Below are positions 47,902-57,287 of a stretch of DNA of 64,000 bases, in pieces; the first letter of the stretch is position 1, and each line of letters begins with the position of its first letter. The stretch comes from Patescibacteria group bacterium (GTDB lineage: Bacteria; Patescibacteriota; JACPGU01): positions 31,666 through 95,665 of the forward strand of contig JAQULF010000001.1 in the NCBI GenBank assembly GCA_028718745.1. The letters run 5' to 3'. The position numbers and the translations under genes were made by a program. The notes beneath the pieces are model-generated. The model was not told where the DNA came from. It ran no database searches and saw only the letters and a program-made list of their open reading frames with translations.

Positions 47902-48366
47902 ATGAAAAAGAACATTTTGATCACCATTCTCGCAATTCTTGCTCTTGGCCTTGCCGGCTACACAGCTTTCTTGTCATACCAAGAAAAAAATAAGCCGGCA
48001 GTACCGGTGATTACCCAAACACCAGTGCAAAATAATAAACTAAATAACGACAGTCTAAATTCCAGCAACATTCACATTACCGCTCCAATTCAAGGTGATA
48101 CCATCAGCTCACCGGTAAAAATCACCGGGGAGGTTCGTGTTTTTGAAAATCAGTTTGCTATCCGAGTTAAAGATGGAAATGGCAAGGTATTGGTGGAAGA
48201 ACCGGCCATGGGCGAGAATGGCGATGCTGGACAATTTAATTCATTTGAAAAAGAAATTGACTATCCTAAATCAACCACGGATAGCGGGACAATTGAAGTT
48301 TTTGATTATTCCGCCAAAGACGGTTCTGAAATTGACAAAGTAACTATTCCGGTAAAATTTAAATAA
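47902..48366 (+). CDS. hypothetical secreted protein
   Basis: signal peptide/anchor MKKNILITILAILALGLAGYTAF. Confidence 0.5.
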   Translation: MKKNILITILAILALGLAGYTAFLSYQEKNKPAVPVITQTPVQNNKLNNDSLNSSNIHITAPIQGDTISSPVKITGEVRVFENQFAIRVKDGNGKVLVEEPAMGENGDAGQFNSFEKEIDYPKSTTDSGTIEVFDYSAKDGSEIDKVTIPVKFK

Positions 48367-48431
48367 TTTAGTCATAACCCCAGTCAAATTAAAGTCTATT
48401 TGACGGGGTAAATATAAACTAAAATAAAAAT

Positions 48432-49193
48432 ATGGAACAAAATCGTTTTGACTTATCAAACCGCCTCTACTTTCTGGTATTGGCCGTGGGAATTTTACTA
48501 TTAATTCTGCTGGGCGTTTCCGCTTATTCGATTCAAAAGGCTGCTTCGGGCAATGCGCCTCGTGAAATCTCGTTTGACGGAGAAGGCAAAGTTTATGCCA
48601 AGCCGGATTTGGCAATTTTGCAGCTGGGCGTAACCAGTGAGGCTACCACATCCGAAGAAGTGGTAACGGCAAATAATAACAAGATGAATGGCATTACCGC
48701 GGCAATTAAGGCTTTGGGAGTAGTCGATACCGATATCGAAACGACTAATTATAATCTTTCGCCCAAATATAATTATACCGATAACAGGGGCAGTTTTATC
48801 GACGGCTATACTCTCAATCAAGATGTTCAGGTAAAAATCAGAGATTTTGATAAAATCAGCGCGGTTATTCAAAAAGCAACCTCTCTGGGAGCTAATACTA
48901 TCAATCAACTGCAATTTACCATTGATAATCCGGAGAAATTAAAAGCTCAAGCCGCCGATATTGCGATTGGTAAGGCTAAAGAGAAAGCTGCGAGCATTGC
49001 CAGCGCTTCCGGTTTAAAACTGGGAAAGATAGTTAATGTCTATGAAAGCGGCGGTTTAGTTAGCCCAACCCCGATGTACGGCGCAGCCGATAAAGCTACC
49101 GGTATGGGCGGAGGAAGCATACCTGCCCCGGATATCCAAACCGGCCAACAGGAAATTACAGTAACGATGAGTCTGACTTATCAGGTGAATTAA
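48432..49193 (+). CDS. SIMPL domain (DUF541) protein
   Basis: N-terminal TM; architecture PREISFDGEGKVYAKPDLAILQLGV...TITVTMSLTYQV typical of SIMPL/DUF541. Confidence 0.55.
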   Translation: MEQNRFDLSNRLYFLVLAVGILLLILLGVSAYSIQKAASGNAPREISFDGEGKVYAKPDLAILQLGVTSEATTSEEVVTANNNKMNGITAAIKALGVVDTDIETTNYNLSPKYNYTDNRGSFIDGYTLNQDVQVKIRDFDKISAVIQKATSLGANTINQLQFTIDNPEKLKAQAADIAIGKAKEKAASIASASGLKLGKIVNVYESGGLVSPTPMYGAADKATGMGGGSIPAPDIQTGQQEITVTMSLTYQVN

Positions 49194-49257
49194 AAGCGAA
49201 AAATAATTTTTTAAGGGCGCGATTCTATTGCGCCCTTTTTTGTGGTAAAATATCTTT

Positions 49258-49761
49258 ATGCAGGACTTTATCTCCAAATCCCGTGAACAAACTCAAAAAA
49301 TCGCCACTGATTTTGCGAAAAAATTGAAAGGTGGCGAGGTTTTGTGTTTTTACGGAAATCTGGGAAGCGGAAAAACCACCTTTATTCAAGCACTAGCCAA
49401 AGCGCTGGGAGTGAAAGAAAATGTGACTAGCCCTACATTTGTTTTGATGAAACGGTATTCTCGTAGGGGCGGGGTCACCCCGCCCGAATGGAAAACAGGG
49501 CGCGGGAACCGCGCCCCTACAAATGCAAAAACATTTTTCTATCACATGGACGCCTATCGCCTCAACAGTTCCCAAGAAGCTCTCGATCTTGGCCTCGAAG
49601 AAATCTGGGGTGATAAAAATAACATCATCGCGATCGAATGGGCGGATAAAATTGTTGATATTTTACCAGAAAAAAAGATTGATTTGTGTTTTGCCTGTCC
49701 CGAGCAAAGTCGAGGGGAAAACTTAAGTGAAAATGAGAGAAAAATAAATATTTTTAATTAA
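49258..49761 (+). CDS. tsaE: tRNA threonylcarbamoyladenosine biosynthesis protein TsaE, with about 20-aa in-frame insertion
   Basis: GNLGSGKTTF P-loop, SPTF, HMDAYRL motifs of TsaE/YjeE; extra segment SRRGGVTPPEWKTGRGNRAP between SPTF and HxDxYRL. Confidence 0.8.
   Translation: MQDFISKSREQTQKIATDFAKKLKGGEVLCFYGNLGSGKTTFIQALAKALGVKENVTSPTFVLMKRYSRRGGVTPPEWKTGRGNRAPTNAKTFFYHMDAYRLNSSQEALDLGLEEIWGDKNNIIAIEWADKIVDILPEKKIDLCFACPEQSRGENLSENERKINIFN
49463..49520. repeat. GC-rich cloverleaf-like palindromic element inside tsaE
   Basis: outer inverted repeat gtaggggcg ... cgcccctac enclosing hairpins gggcggggtcaccccgccc and gggcgcgggaaccgcgccc. Confidence 0.85.
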
Positions 49762-49765
49762 ACAT

Positions 49766-50653
49766 ATGAAATTTGGAGAAAGAAAATCTATCGAAAACCC
49801 AATAAGTCCCGAAAAAGAAAAGGGGCTTTTGAAAGAAACCACTGTTTATATCAATGCAGGAGGGAGAGGAACGCGTCTCGAATCCATTTTGGAACATGAT
49901 CCTGAAACTGGTATAGCTAAAGCATTGATTGAGATCAAAGGTGTTCCGATTATTAAATTACTTTCTGACAATTTAGTTCATCAAGGGTTTGGGAGTGTGT
50001 TAATCGGAGCTGGCGATCATAAAAAAATCGCCGATCTTTATAAGAATAAAGAAGATGAAGAAAAAGAAAGTAGTAAGGCAAATGTAGATGTGGTAAATTT
50101 TAATGACGAACTGGGTACGGGGGGTGATCTTTTAAGAACAATTAGGCGAGAAAATAATAATATAAAAGAAAATATTCTGGTTCAAAATGTCGATACAGCT
50201 GTTGTTTTTAACGCGGAAAAGCTTTTAGAGCAACACAAAAAAACAGGTGCAAGTGCAACGATTGTTTTAACCAGAAGACAAGGTGTACCGAATAAAGATG
50301 CCTTTCTCATCGGTCACGATAATAAGATATTATTTTCGAAAGAAACCAAGGATCCAAAATATATAATCAAAGAACCGGACCAAGAGATGATTAAATATAA
50401 GGCGAGTAGCACAGGGGTTATCATATTTGATAAAAAAGCCCTGCTAGATTTTGATTGGAGCGAAACCGATGGACCAATTTCAATTTATAATCAGATATTA
50501 GGAAAGTTGATAAAGGATGGCAAGATCTATGCCTATGATAACGGTGAAAACTTCTTTATGGATATAGGTACGCCGGAGAACTATATGAAAGCGGTACAAA
50601 AGCACCCGATTCTTTTTGGGTATATGTATGGTTCAGACTTAAGCAAAAAATAA
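49766..50653 (+). CDS. Sugar-phosphate nucleotidyltransferase (NTP_transferase family)
   Basis: N-terminal VYINAGGRGTRLESI (GxGxR nucleotide-binding loop). Confidence 0.7.
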   Translation: MKFGERKSIENPISPEKEKGLLKETTVYINAGGRGTRLESILEHDPETGIAKALIEIKGVPIIKLLSDNLVHQGFGSVLIGAGDHKKIADLYKNKEDEEKESSKANVDVVNFNDELGTGGDLLRTIRRENNNIKENILVQNVDTAVVFNAEKLLEQHKKTGASATIVLTRRQGVPNKDAFLIGHDNKILFSKETKDPKYIIKEPDQEMIKYKASSTGVIIFDKKALLDFDWSETDGPISIYNQILGKLIKDGKIYAYDNGENFFMDIGTPENYMKAVQKHPILFGYMYGSDLSKK

Positions 50654-50673
50654 TTATTATTAACTATGAATAT

Positions 50674-51210
50674 ATGAATAAAAAAATTGAAAAATGGGAA
50701 GAACTTTCTCGCGAGATTGCCTTCCAGAAGTACAGCAGGAAAATTGAAAAAGTTATTTTTCATTTACCTGACGGGAAAGAAAGTGATTTTTATCTAAAAA
50801 AAGAAGGCCCTGCCGTAGGAATACTGGCACTAACCAAGGATAATCAGGTTATTTTGGTAAGACAATTCCGTCCAGGACCAAACGAAGTTTTGGATGAATT
50901 GCCGGGCGGATATGTAGATGAGAAAGAAACTCCGGAGGAAGCGGCGGAAAGAGAGCTTTTGGAGGAAACCGGATATAAAGGAAAGGCTAGGTTAGTTACA
51001 CAGGCTTACGACTGCGCTTATTCAACTATGAACCGCTATTGCGTTGTAATAACTGACTGCGAGAAGATTGCGGAACAAAAGTTAGAAGAAACAGAGTTTG
51101 CAGAAGTGATACTAACTTCACTAGAAGAATTTAAAAAAATATTACGAAGTGGAAAAAATACAGATATCGAAGTTGGCTATTTGGGACTGGATTACTTAAA
51201 ATTATTATAA
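50674..51210 (+). CDS. NUDIX hydrolase
   Basis: Nudix box GGYVDEKETPEEAAERELLEETG. Confidence 0.8.
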   Translation: MNKKIEKWEELSREIAFQKYSRKIEKVIFHLPDGKESDFYLKKEGPAVGILALTKDNQVILVRQFRPGPNEVLDELPGGYVDEKETPEEAAERELLEETGYKGKARLVTQAYDCAYSTMNRYCVVITDCEKIAEQKLEETEFAEVILTSLEEFKKILRSGKNTDIEVGYLGLDYLKLL

Positions 51211-51217
51211 ATTTAAC

Positions 51218-51979
51218 ATGATATTGTTAATTGATACTACAACCAATCCAACTGCAATCGGACTTTATAATTATAAATTTACCCCGCAAAATGCGGGGGA
51301 TCTTAAGATTAAGATTGTCGAATCAACACCCGAGAATAACCGAAAACTGGTTGGTATTATAAAAAAATTTATAGAAAAAGAATCCGGAGTGACGCACGAT
51401 AGTGCGTCTGGTAAAAATGACAGACTGTCGTCTGTCACTCCGGAATACAACATCGAAGCTGTTGGTGTCATCAACGGCCCCGGAACCTTTACTGGAGTCA
51501 GAACCGGCGTTACAATCGCAAATGCTATGGCTTATGCGCTAAAAGCTCCTTTGTACGCCACAGACACGCTCACAGCCCAAATATCGCCAATGATAAGCGA
51601 CATGGTCTCATTAGTTTCTGCTTCAAATAGCGAGGTTTATTTTGCGCGATTTAAGAAGGGAAAAATGCAAAAAGGAATTTACCCCGTCCCGAATGGGCGG
51701 GGAATCGAACTGGTTGAAACAATGAATTTACCAAATCGATTAAATGATAGCGATATTATCGTTGGCGATTTGCAAGAAAAACATTGCGGATTGATCACAA
51801 AACAGGAGTTTGCCACAAAAAATTCCGCCGATCGAATTAAAATCCTGCTCGATCTGATTTTATGCAAAAAAATAAATCCCAAAGGGACCCCTTCGGGGCC
51901 CGCAAAACAGGTTTTACCCCTTTATATCAAAAAACCGAATATCACCCACCCTCGCTCAATCTCTTCAAGAAATAGGTGA
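51218..51979 (+). CDS. tsaB: tRNA threonylcarbamoyladenosine biosynthesis protein TsaB (YeaZ-like), with about 17-aa in-frame insertion
   Basis: MILLIDTTT, GVINGPGTFTGVRTGVTIANAMAYAL; extra VTHDSASGKNDRLSSVT relative to E. coli TsaB. Confidence 0.75.
   Translation: MILLIDTTTNPTAIGLYNYKFTPQNAGDLKIKIVESTPENNRKLVGIIKKFIEKESGVTHDSASGKNDRLSSVTPEYNIEAVGVINGPGTFTGVRTGVTIANAMAYALKAPLYATDTLTAQISPMISDMVSLVSASNSEVYFARFKKGKMQKGIYPVPNGRGIELVETMNLPNRLNDSDIIVGDLQEKHCGLITKQEFATKNSADRIKILLDLILCKKINPKGTPSGPAKQVLPLYIKKPNITHPRSISSRNR
51383..51445. repeat. GC-rich cloverleaf-like palindromic element inside tsaB
   Basis: outer IR tccggagtgac ... gtcactccgga (11/11) enclosing hairpins gacgcac-gata-gtgcgtc and gacagac-tgtc-gtctgtc. 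Confidence 0.85.
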
Positions 51980-52036
51980 TTATTCCTCTTCTTGAACTAG
52001 ATTTCGCTCTTGGCGGGCAGGCTACAAAAAAAATGA

Positions 52037-52510
52037 TTAAGCCGCTTTTTCTCTGCGCAATTTTTCAAAATCTATATTGCTTCGATCTAATCCATATTTA
52101 TCCAAGATCTCATCTTGTTCTTTAAAATCATCTATACCGCTAGCATGAGCAAATTGCTCCATTTTTGCTTGTTTATCTTTTGCTGCTTGTATCTGCCAGT
52201 CCAGCAATCCATTATTCTTTTTTGCTAAATCTTCTAATTTTATTTTTAAAAGGGCGGGCAACAAATAAAGATGTTCTTGAGATAATAAATTTATTTCATT
52301 TTTTAAACTCCATTCCATAGCATCGTAAGCCCTTATCTGTAAATCTCTTTTTTCGTTCTCAAAATCATCGGGCGATTTTTCCTCTTCTGTTGACAAACTA
52401 AATCCTTTTTTTTCTTTCCTTACCGCAACAAAGTTTTCCAAACTGCTCAAGGCTTTTTTTGGATCTGGTTTATGGGTTTCAACCCCCTCAATGTTTTCGT
52501 TATAGCTCAT
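52037..52510 (-). CDS. hypothetical protein
   Basis: 157-aa acidic/coiled-coil-like ORF. Confidence 0.45.
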   Translation of the reverse strand: MSYNENIEGVETHKPDPKKALSSLENFVAVRKEKKGFSLSTEEEKSPDDFENEKRDLQIRAYDAMEWSLKNEINLLSQEHLYLLPALLKIKLEDLAKKNNGLLDWQIQAAKDKQAKMEQFAHASGIDDFKEQDEILDKYGLDRSNIDFEKLRREKAA

Positions 52511-52537
52511 TTTATTTTTCTTATTTTTTATACCTGC

Positions 52538-53482
52538 TTATTTTAATCCGACTTTTTTTCTCACCTCAATCATTTTTTTACTCGCAATCGCTCGCGCTTT
52601 TTCTGCGCCTTTTGCTAAAATTTTCTCAATTTCTTTGTCTTTTTTCAACCATTCTTTTCTCTTTGCGCGAAAATCAGCGAAATGATCGGCGATTGCGGTA
52701 GCTAAATCAGTTTTCAACTTTAAATTGTTATCTTTATAATTCGCTTTATTAAATTCGGAAATGAAAATCTCTCCAAGCTTGTATAGATTTTCTAAGCCTA
52801 CCTTATCGGCCACGGCCTTTTTAATCTTTTCCATTATCTCTTCCGGTTCATCGGAAAGAAAAATACAAGATTTCTCACCATCCGACTTGCTCATTTTTTT
52901 ATCCGGATGAGTTAGCGACATCACTTTGGGAATATTGGTTAGTTTCGGCTGTGGCTCTTTGAAGGTTTTGCCAAACTTGTTATTAAAAAAGCGCGCTATA
53001 TCACGAGATAATTCAACATGTTGGACTTGATCCACACCAACCGGCACAAAATCCGCATCATAAAGCAAAATATCAGCAGCCTGAAGAACGGGATAATCCA
53101 TCAAGCCCATATTTATATTTTTAACATTTTTAGCAGCCTTATCTTTGTATTGAGTCATCCTTTCAAGAAAAGAAACCGGGGTGATACAATTGAAAATCCA
53201 GGCTAACTCACTGTGTTCCGAAATATCAGATTGAGTAAAAAACACGCATTTCTCCGGATCAACACCTAGGCAAATAGCATCCACTGTCATTTCAAAAATT
53301 TCTTTCCTTTTGTTTTCAGCGCTATAATCATCGCGCAATTCGGTAAGGGAATGAAGATCGGCAATGAATATATGAGCATCATAATCTTCAATATAGCCCT
53401 TCAATCCTTGGAGCAAACCTAAAAAATGGCCGATATGCAGTTTCCCTGATGGCTTTAATCCTGTTAAAATAGTCTTTTTCAT
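52538..53482 (-). CDS. trpS: Tryptophan--tRNA ligase
   Basis: class I HIGH-like KPSGKLHIGHFLG and KMSKS; 314 aa size typical of TrpS. Confidence 0.85.
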   Translation of the reverse strand: MKKTILTGLKPSGKLHIGHFLGLLQGLKGYIEDYDAHIFIADLHSLTELRDDYSAENKRKEIFEMTVDAICLGVDPEKCVFFTQSDISEHSELAWIFNCITPVSFLERMTQYKDKAAKNVKNINMGLMDYPVLQAADILLYDADFVPVGVDQVQHVELSRDIARFFNNKFGKTFKEPQPKLTNIPKVMSLTHPDKKMSKSDGEKSCIFLSDEPEEIMEKIKKAVADKVGLENLYKLGEIFISEFNKANYKDNNLKLKTDLATAIADHFADFRAKRKEWLKKDKEIEKILAKGAEKARAIASKKMIEVRKKVGLK

Positions 53483-53489
53483 AAAAAAA

Positions 53490-53578
53490 TGATAAATAAT
53501 TATGAATAAATGACTAAAAGATTAAATGATTGAAAAAACTGAAATTATAGTCCTTTATTCATTTAATCATTTATTCAT
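53490..53578. repeat. AT-rich inverted-repeat element (AAATGATTAAATGAATAAAGGA family), copy 2
   Basis: atgaataaatgac ... gattaaatgattg ... tcctttattcatttaatcatttattcat. Confidence 0.7.
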
Positions 53579-53673
53579 GACGATCTTTTCTAATTCTATT
53601 CTAAATCCCCTAAAACATCAACTCTTTGTAAAAAAACTAGCATTCTTACCATTTTTTTGCTATAATACTTCTT

Positions 53674-54600
53674 ATGAAAATAAAGAATTTAGAGGAATCC
53701 ATTCTTTTTACTATTTCCTATTTTGATGTTTTTGAATACCCCTTAACCTCTTTTGAGATTTGGCGCTATCTTTTTAATTTCAACGCCGAATTGGAAGAAG
53801 TGATTTTGAAAATGGACGAACTAATCCGACACGGAAAAATTGAAATGAAAAATGGTTTTTATTTTTTACCTGAAAGAAGTGACTTAGTTGAAAAGAGACA
53901 GGACAAATATGACATTTCCGAAAAGTTTTGGGATAGAGCAGTTTTAGCTGCAAAAATTTTATCCTATCTGCCTTTTATAAAAATGATTTCGGTCGTCAAT
54001 TCATTAGCGTTTTTTAACTGCGATAAAAATAGCGATATCGATTTTTTTATCATCACCGAGAAAAATAAAATTTGGACGGCCCGAGCGCTGTCCAGCATCT
54101 TATTGCACATTCTAGGACTTCGACGACACGGTCGGAAAGTAGCTAAAAGAATCTGCTTGAGCTTTTATATCTCGGAAGAAAAAATGAATCTAAAATATAT
54201 TGCCAATGATAGTCTGGGATTTTTTGTGGCTTATTGGATCGGGCAGTGTACACCGATTGTAAATGTCGGAAAAACTTATCAAACATACAGATCTCAAAAT
54301 TCTTGGATTTACCAATATCTGCCCAATGTCGGGGGCAATATAACCAACTATTATATAAATTTCAGGAAGCCTCTGCTGGCTGATTTTACGAAAAAAGTAC
54401 TAGCTTCTATTTTGCAGTCAGATTTTTTTGAGAGAACAGCCCGATCCATTCAAATTAAAAAGATAGAAAAGAGCCAAGAAAAAAGAGGAAGCCCTAATTC
54501 TGTGATTTTCAACGATTTGATGCTGAAATTCCATCCGGTTGATTTGAGAATTGAATATAAGAAAAAATTAGTCGAGAAATTAAAGAAGGTATTAAAATAA
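53674..54600 (+). CDS. hypothetical protein
   Basis: 308 aa, no motif recognised with confidence. Confidence 0.45.
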   Translation: MKIKNLEESILFTISYFDVFEYPLTSFEIWRYLFNFNAELEEVILKMDELIRHGKIEMKNGFYFLPERSDLVEKRQDKYDISEKFWDRAVLAAKILSYLPFIKMISVVNSLAFFNCDKNSDIDFFIITEKNKIWTARALSSILLHILGLRRHGRKVAKRICLSFYISEEKMNLKYIANDSLGFFVAYWIGQCTPIVNVGKTYQTYRSQNSWIYQYLPNVGGNITNYYINFRKPLLADFTKKVLASILQSDFFERTARSIQIKKIEKSQEKRGSPNSVIFNDLMLKFHPVDLRIEYKKKLVEKLKKVLK

Positions 54601-54615
54601 GTTTGAATAAAAAAA

Positions 54616-55155
54616 TTATAAAGGATTTGCAGTATTTAGGAGACGATTTAAAACTCCTATTTTTCTTTGCAAACTTGCTTTAATAATGGCATCTCGAATA
54701 ATTATTTTTCCCGGAAGGATAGAAAGAATTCGTTCTGAACTGATTATTCTTCTTTCGGAGTAAAATCTTTTTTTAACTACCAAAGTCAAAATATTTTGAA
54801 ATTGCGTATCAAAAAGAAAGTCCTCCAAAATTCCCAGTTTTTGACCATTTTGAGTCAAAACTTGGCTTCCCAGCAACGGCACTTTTTTATCCAAAATGTC
54901 TTTTATTTTGAATACTTCTAGGACTTCAACGATGCTGTCGCGATCTTTTACCAGCACTCCATCAGCATAAAATTCGACAATATCTTTGAATGTAACGACA
55001 CGGTTCCTCCCCCAAAAAAACTGCTTTTTAATTAAAAGCGCTAATACTTTGCCATTTTCCGGATCAACTATAATATCCTTGATGGCATCCAATTTCTTGC
55101 CAGCAATTGATTCAATTATAGGCAATCCGATTATTTTTCTAGCATGTAGTAACAT
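54616..55155 (-). CDS. PRC-barrel domain protein
   Basis: two PRC-barrel-like repeats (IIGLPIIESIAGKKLDAIKDIIVD...). Confidence 0.55.
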   Translation of the reverse strand: MLLHARKIIGLPIIESIAGKKLDAIKDIIVDPENGKVLALLIKKQFFWGRNRVVTFKDIVEFYADGVLVKDRDSIVEVLEVFKIKDILDKKVPLLGSQVLTQNGQKLGILEDFLFDTQFQNILTLVVKKRFYSERRIISSERILSILPGKIIIRDAIIKASLQRKIGVLNRLLNTANPL

Positions 55156-55928
55156 GGTAACATTTTAAATTTTAAATTAAAAAGAAATTCTTTATTTCCT
55201 TTCGCCCCCAAAATAGGTGACTCAACCTCTCCTAAAACTTCGAATCCATTTTCCTCGCACCATTTCCTAAAATCTTCTAATAACTTCTGATGAATCTTCG
55301 GATCCTTAATCACTCCCTTTATCTTGTCGACAATACTTTTCCCGGCTTCAAATTGTGGTTTGAAAAGAATGACAATTTCAGGAGCGTTGGCTCCATGCTC
55401 CTGCGTGGAGCCTGAATGTACAATATTCTTAATCACCGGCAAAATCTTTTTTAAAGAAATAAATGACACATCAATTACAAATAGATCTATTTTTTCCGGC
55501 AAGCTTTCTAAATATCTAAAATTTACTCCTTCCATCACCACTACTCTTGGATCATTTCTTAAGCGCCAATCTAATTGTCCTTTGCCCACATCGATAGCAT
55601 AAACTTTTTCAGCTCCGTTTTGCAAGGCAAAATCCGTAAACCCGCCGGTAGAAGAACCGATGTCGGCCACTATTTTGTTTTTGAAATTTAATTTGAAAGC
55701 TTTCGCCGCCGCTTCTAATTTTTCGGCGCCTCTGCCCACATATTTTGAGGTTTCCAAAATACCAATTTTAGCATCTTCGTCGAACTTTGATCCCGGCTTG
55801 GTTTCTTTTTTATCATCAACTAAAACCTGCCCGGCCATAATTAAGGCTTGAGCCTTTTCGCGAGAATCCGTTAATTTCCTTTCAAAGAGAAGTAGATCGA
55901 GGCGTTTTTTAAAAGCTTTTTTCATCAT
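55131..55928 (-). CDS. tlyA: TlyA family rRNA 2-prime-O-methyltransferase (S4 + FtsJ domains), with about 10-aa in-frame insertion
   Basis: RLDLLLFERKLTDSREKAQALIMAGQV (S4), ADIGSSTGGFTDFALQNGAEKVYAIDVG, DVSFISL; extra HSGSTQEHGANAP before KPQFEAGK. Confidence 0.85.
   Translation of the reverse strand: MMKKAFKKRLDLLLFERKLTDSREKAQALIMAGQVLVDDKKETKPGSKFDEDAKIGILETSKYVGRGAEKLEAAAKAFKLNFKNKIVADIGSSTGGFTDFALQNGAEKVYAIDVGKGQLDWRLRNDPRVVVMEGVNFRYLESLPEKIDLFVIDVSFISLKKILPVIKNIVHSGSTQEHGANAPEIVILFKPQFEAGKSIVDKIKGVIKDPKIHQKLLEDFRKWCEENGFEVLGEVESPILGAKGNKEFLFNLKFKMLPCYYMLEK
55379..55412. repeat. GC-rich palindromic element inside tlyA
   Basis: caggagc-gttggctccat-gctcctg overlapping ggctcca-tgctcctgcg-tggagcc; 29-bp identical to intergenic copy at 9336-9364. 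Confidence 0.85.
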
Positions 55929-55955
55929 TATCTATTATATAGCCACCGGTAAACT

Positions 55956-57146
55956 TTATTTTTCTAATTTAGTTTTTTGTAAAATAAAATCCGATATTAT
56001 CTTTATACACCAGCCTAAAATTATAAATACGACTAGATATAAAGCTGTTGCAAGCCAGGCCGGAAGATTTTTATAGAAAATATCATAGTGATACATCAAT
56101 GGCCAATGAATAAGGTAGGCTTCGTAGCTATATAGTCCAAATAAGCTGAATAATCGAAATTCGACCCGCTTTACTATAAATAAAGCCACTATCGCCGACA
56201 TCGTTATCGCGCTAATAATCCAGACTTTATCCATATTTTCATATCCGGAATAATAAGAAAAATACAATACTATCAACCCCAGAATAGCCATAAAGAAATA
56301 TCGCAGCGTGCGTTTCAGGTGCTTTGATAGGGTTCTAAAAAAACTGGTTTTCTTTATCGTTTTAAGAGATCTTCTTACTTGAGCAAAATGCAATTTATCC
56401 AGTCGCTTGTTGGCGACTTCCAAAAAAGCTCTCCACATAATATGCCGTTTTTCCAAAAGCCAGCCCATAAAAACACCAAAAGGAAAGGCAAATATATGGA
56501 CATAGTAAAGATTTATAACCCCGGAGAGTATTTCCGGTCTCCACATCCTAGTTACCGCATAGCCGACACCGTAAAGCGCGACCATGGCTATCCAGGGTTG
56601 TTTTTTGGAAAATACCAGCGGAAATAGTAGGTAGTAGGCAAAGATAATCGTAAAATACCAGAGAGGGGAATCCAGGTCTTTGTAGATATCGGCGCTTGGG
56701 AAAAATCCTACGAAAGAATGCCAGATGTATTGCCAAGAATAAGTTTCTTTCAAAACTAAAAAGCTCACCAAGAAAAGTAGTGCTAAAACAATCCAAAAAG
56801 GCGCTAATAATTTTGGCAACCTCTTATGGTAAAATCCCAATATTGAAGTGCTTTTTTTGATATAAACGCTGGTAGTAATACCATATCCCGATAAGAAGAA
56901 AAACATGTCTACCGCCACACCGGCCAGGATAGATAGGGGAAAAAGGAAGCGAGTATCGGTAGCTAAAAAATAACCAATATGAGAAAAGACAATTGCCAAA
57001 ACAGCAAATCCTTTCAGCTCTTGCGTTAATGATACCGGAAATAAGTGTTTGGGATTTTTCCGTCTAATAGAAACAATTAAAGCAACCAGAAATATAGTTG
57101 CAAAAATCCAGGTAGATTGAATCGGATCATGAATAAAAACTTTCAT
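55956..57146 (-). CDS. Acyltransferase family 3 membrane protein (OafA/YrhL-like)
   Basis: 396 aa, about 10 TM, LKGFAVLAIVFSHIGYF motif. Confidence 0.75.
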   Translation of the reverse strand: MKVFIHDPIQSTWIFATIFLVALIVSIRRKNPKHLFPVSLTQELKGFAVLAIVFSHIGYFLATDTRFLFPLSILAGVAVDMFFFLSGYGITTSVYIKKSTSILGFYHKRLPKLLAPFWIVLALLFLVSFLVLKETYSWQYIWHSFVGFFPSADIYKDLDSPLWYFTIIFAYYLLFPLVFSKKQPWIAMVALYGVGYAVTRMWRPEILSGVINLYYVHIFAFPFGVFMGWLLEKRHIMWRAFLEVANKRLDKLHFAQVRRSLKTIKKTSFFRTLSKHLKRTLRYFFMAILGLIVLYFSYYSGYENMDKVWIISAITMSAIVALFIVKRVEFRLFSLFGLYSYEAYLIHWPLMYHYDIFYKNLPAWLATALYLVVFIILGWCIKIISDFILQKTKLEK

Positions 57147-57250
57147 AAATATATTATATCCGAATCGCTACAAATTTAAAATCCAAATTTTTATCAGGCT
57201 CCGCCTGATCACGCGTAGCGTAACAAAAAAGATGCGACAAATCGCATCCC

Positions 57251-57285
57251 TACCTACTACTTACTTGCTTACTACTTACTACTTA
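57251..57285. repeat. TACTACT-type heptamer tandem array abutting efp stop codon
   Basis: tacctactacttacttgcttactacttactactta. Confidence 0.8.
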
Positions 57286-57287
57286 TT

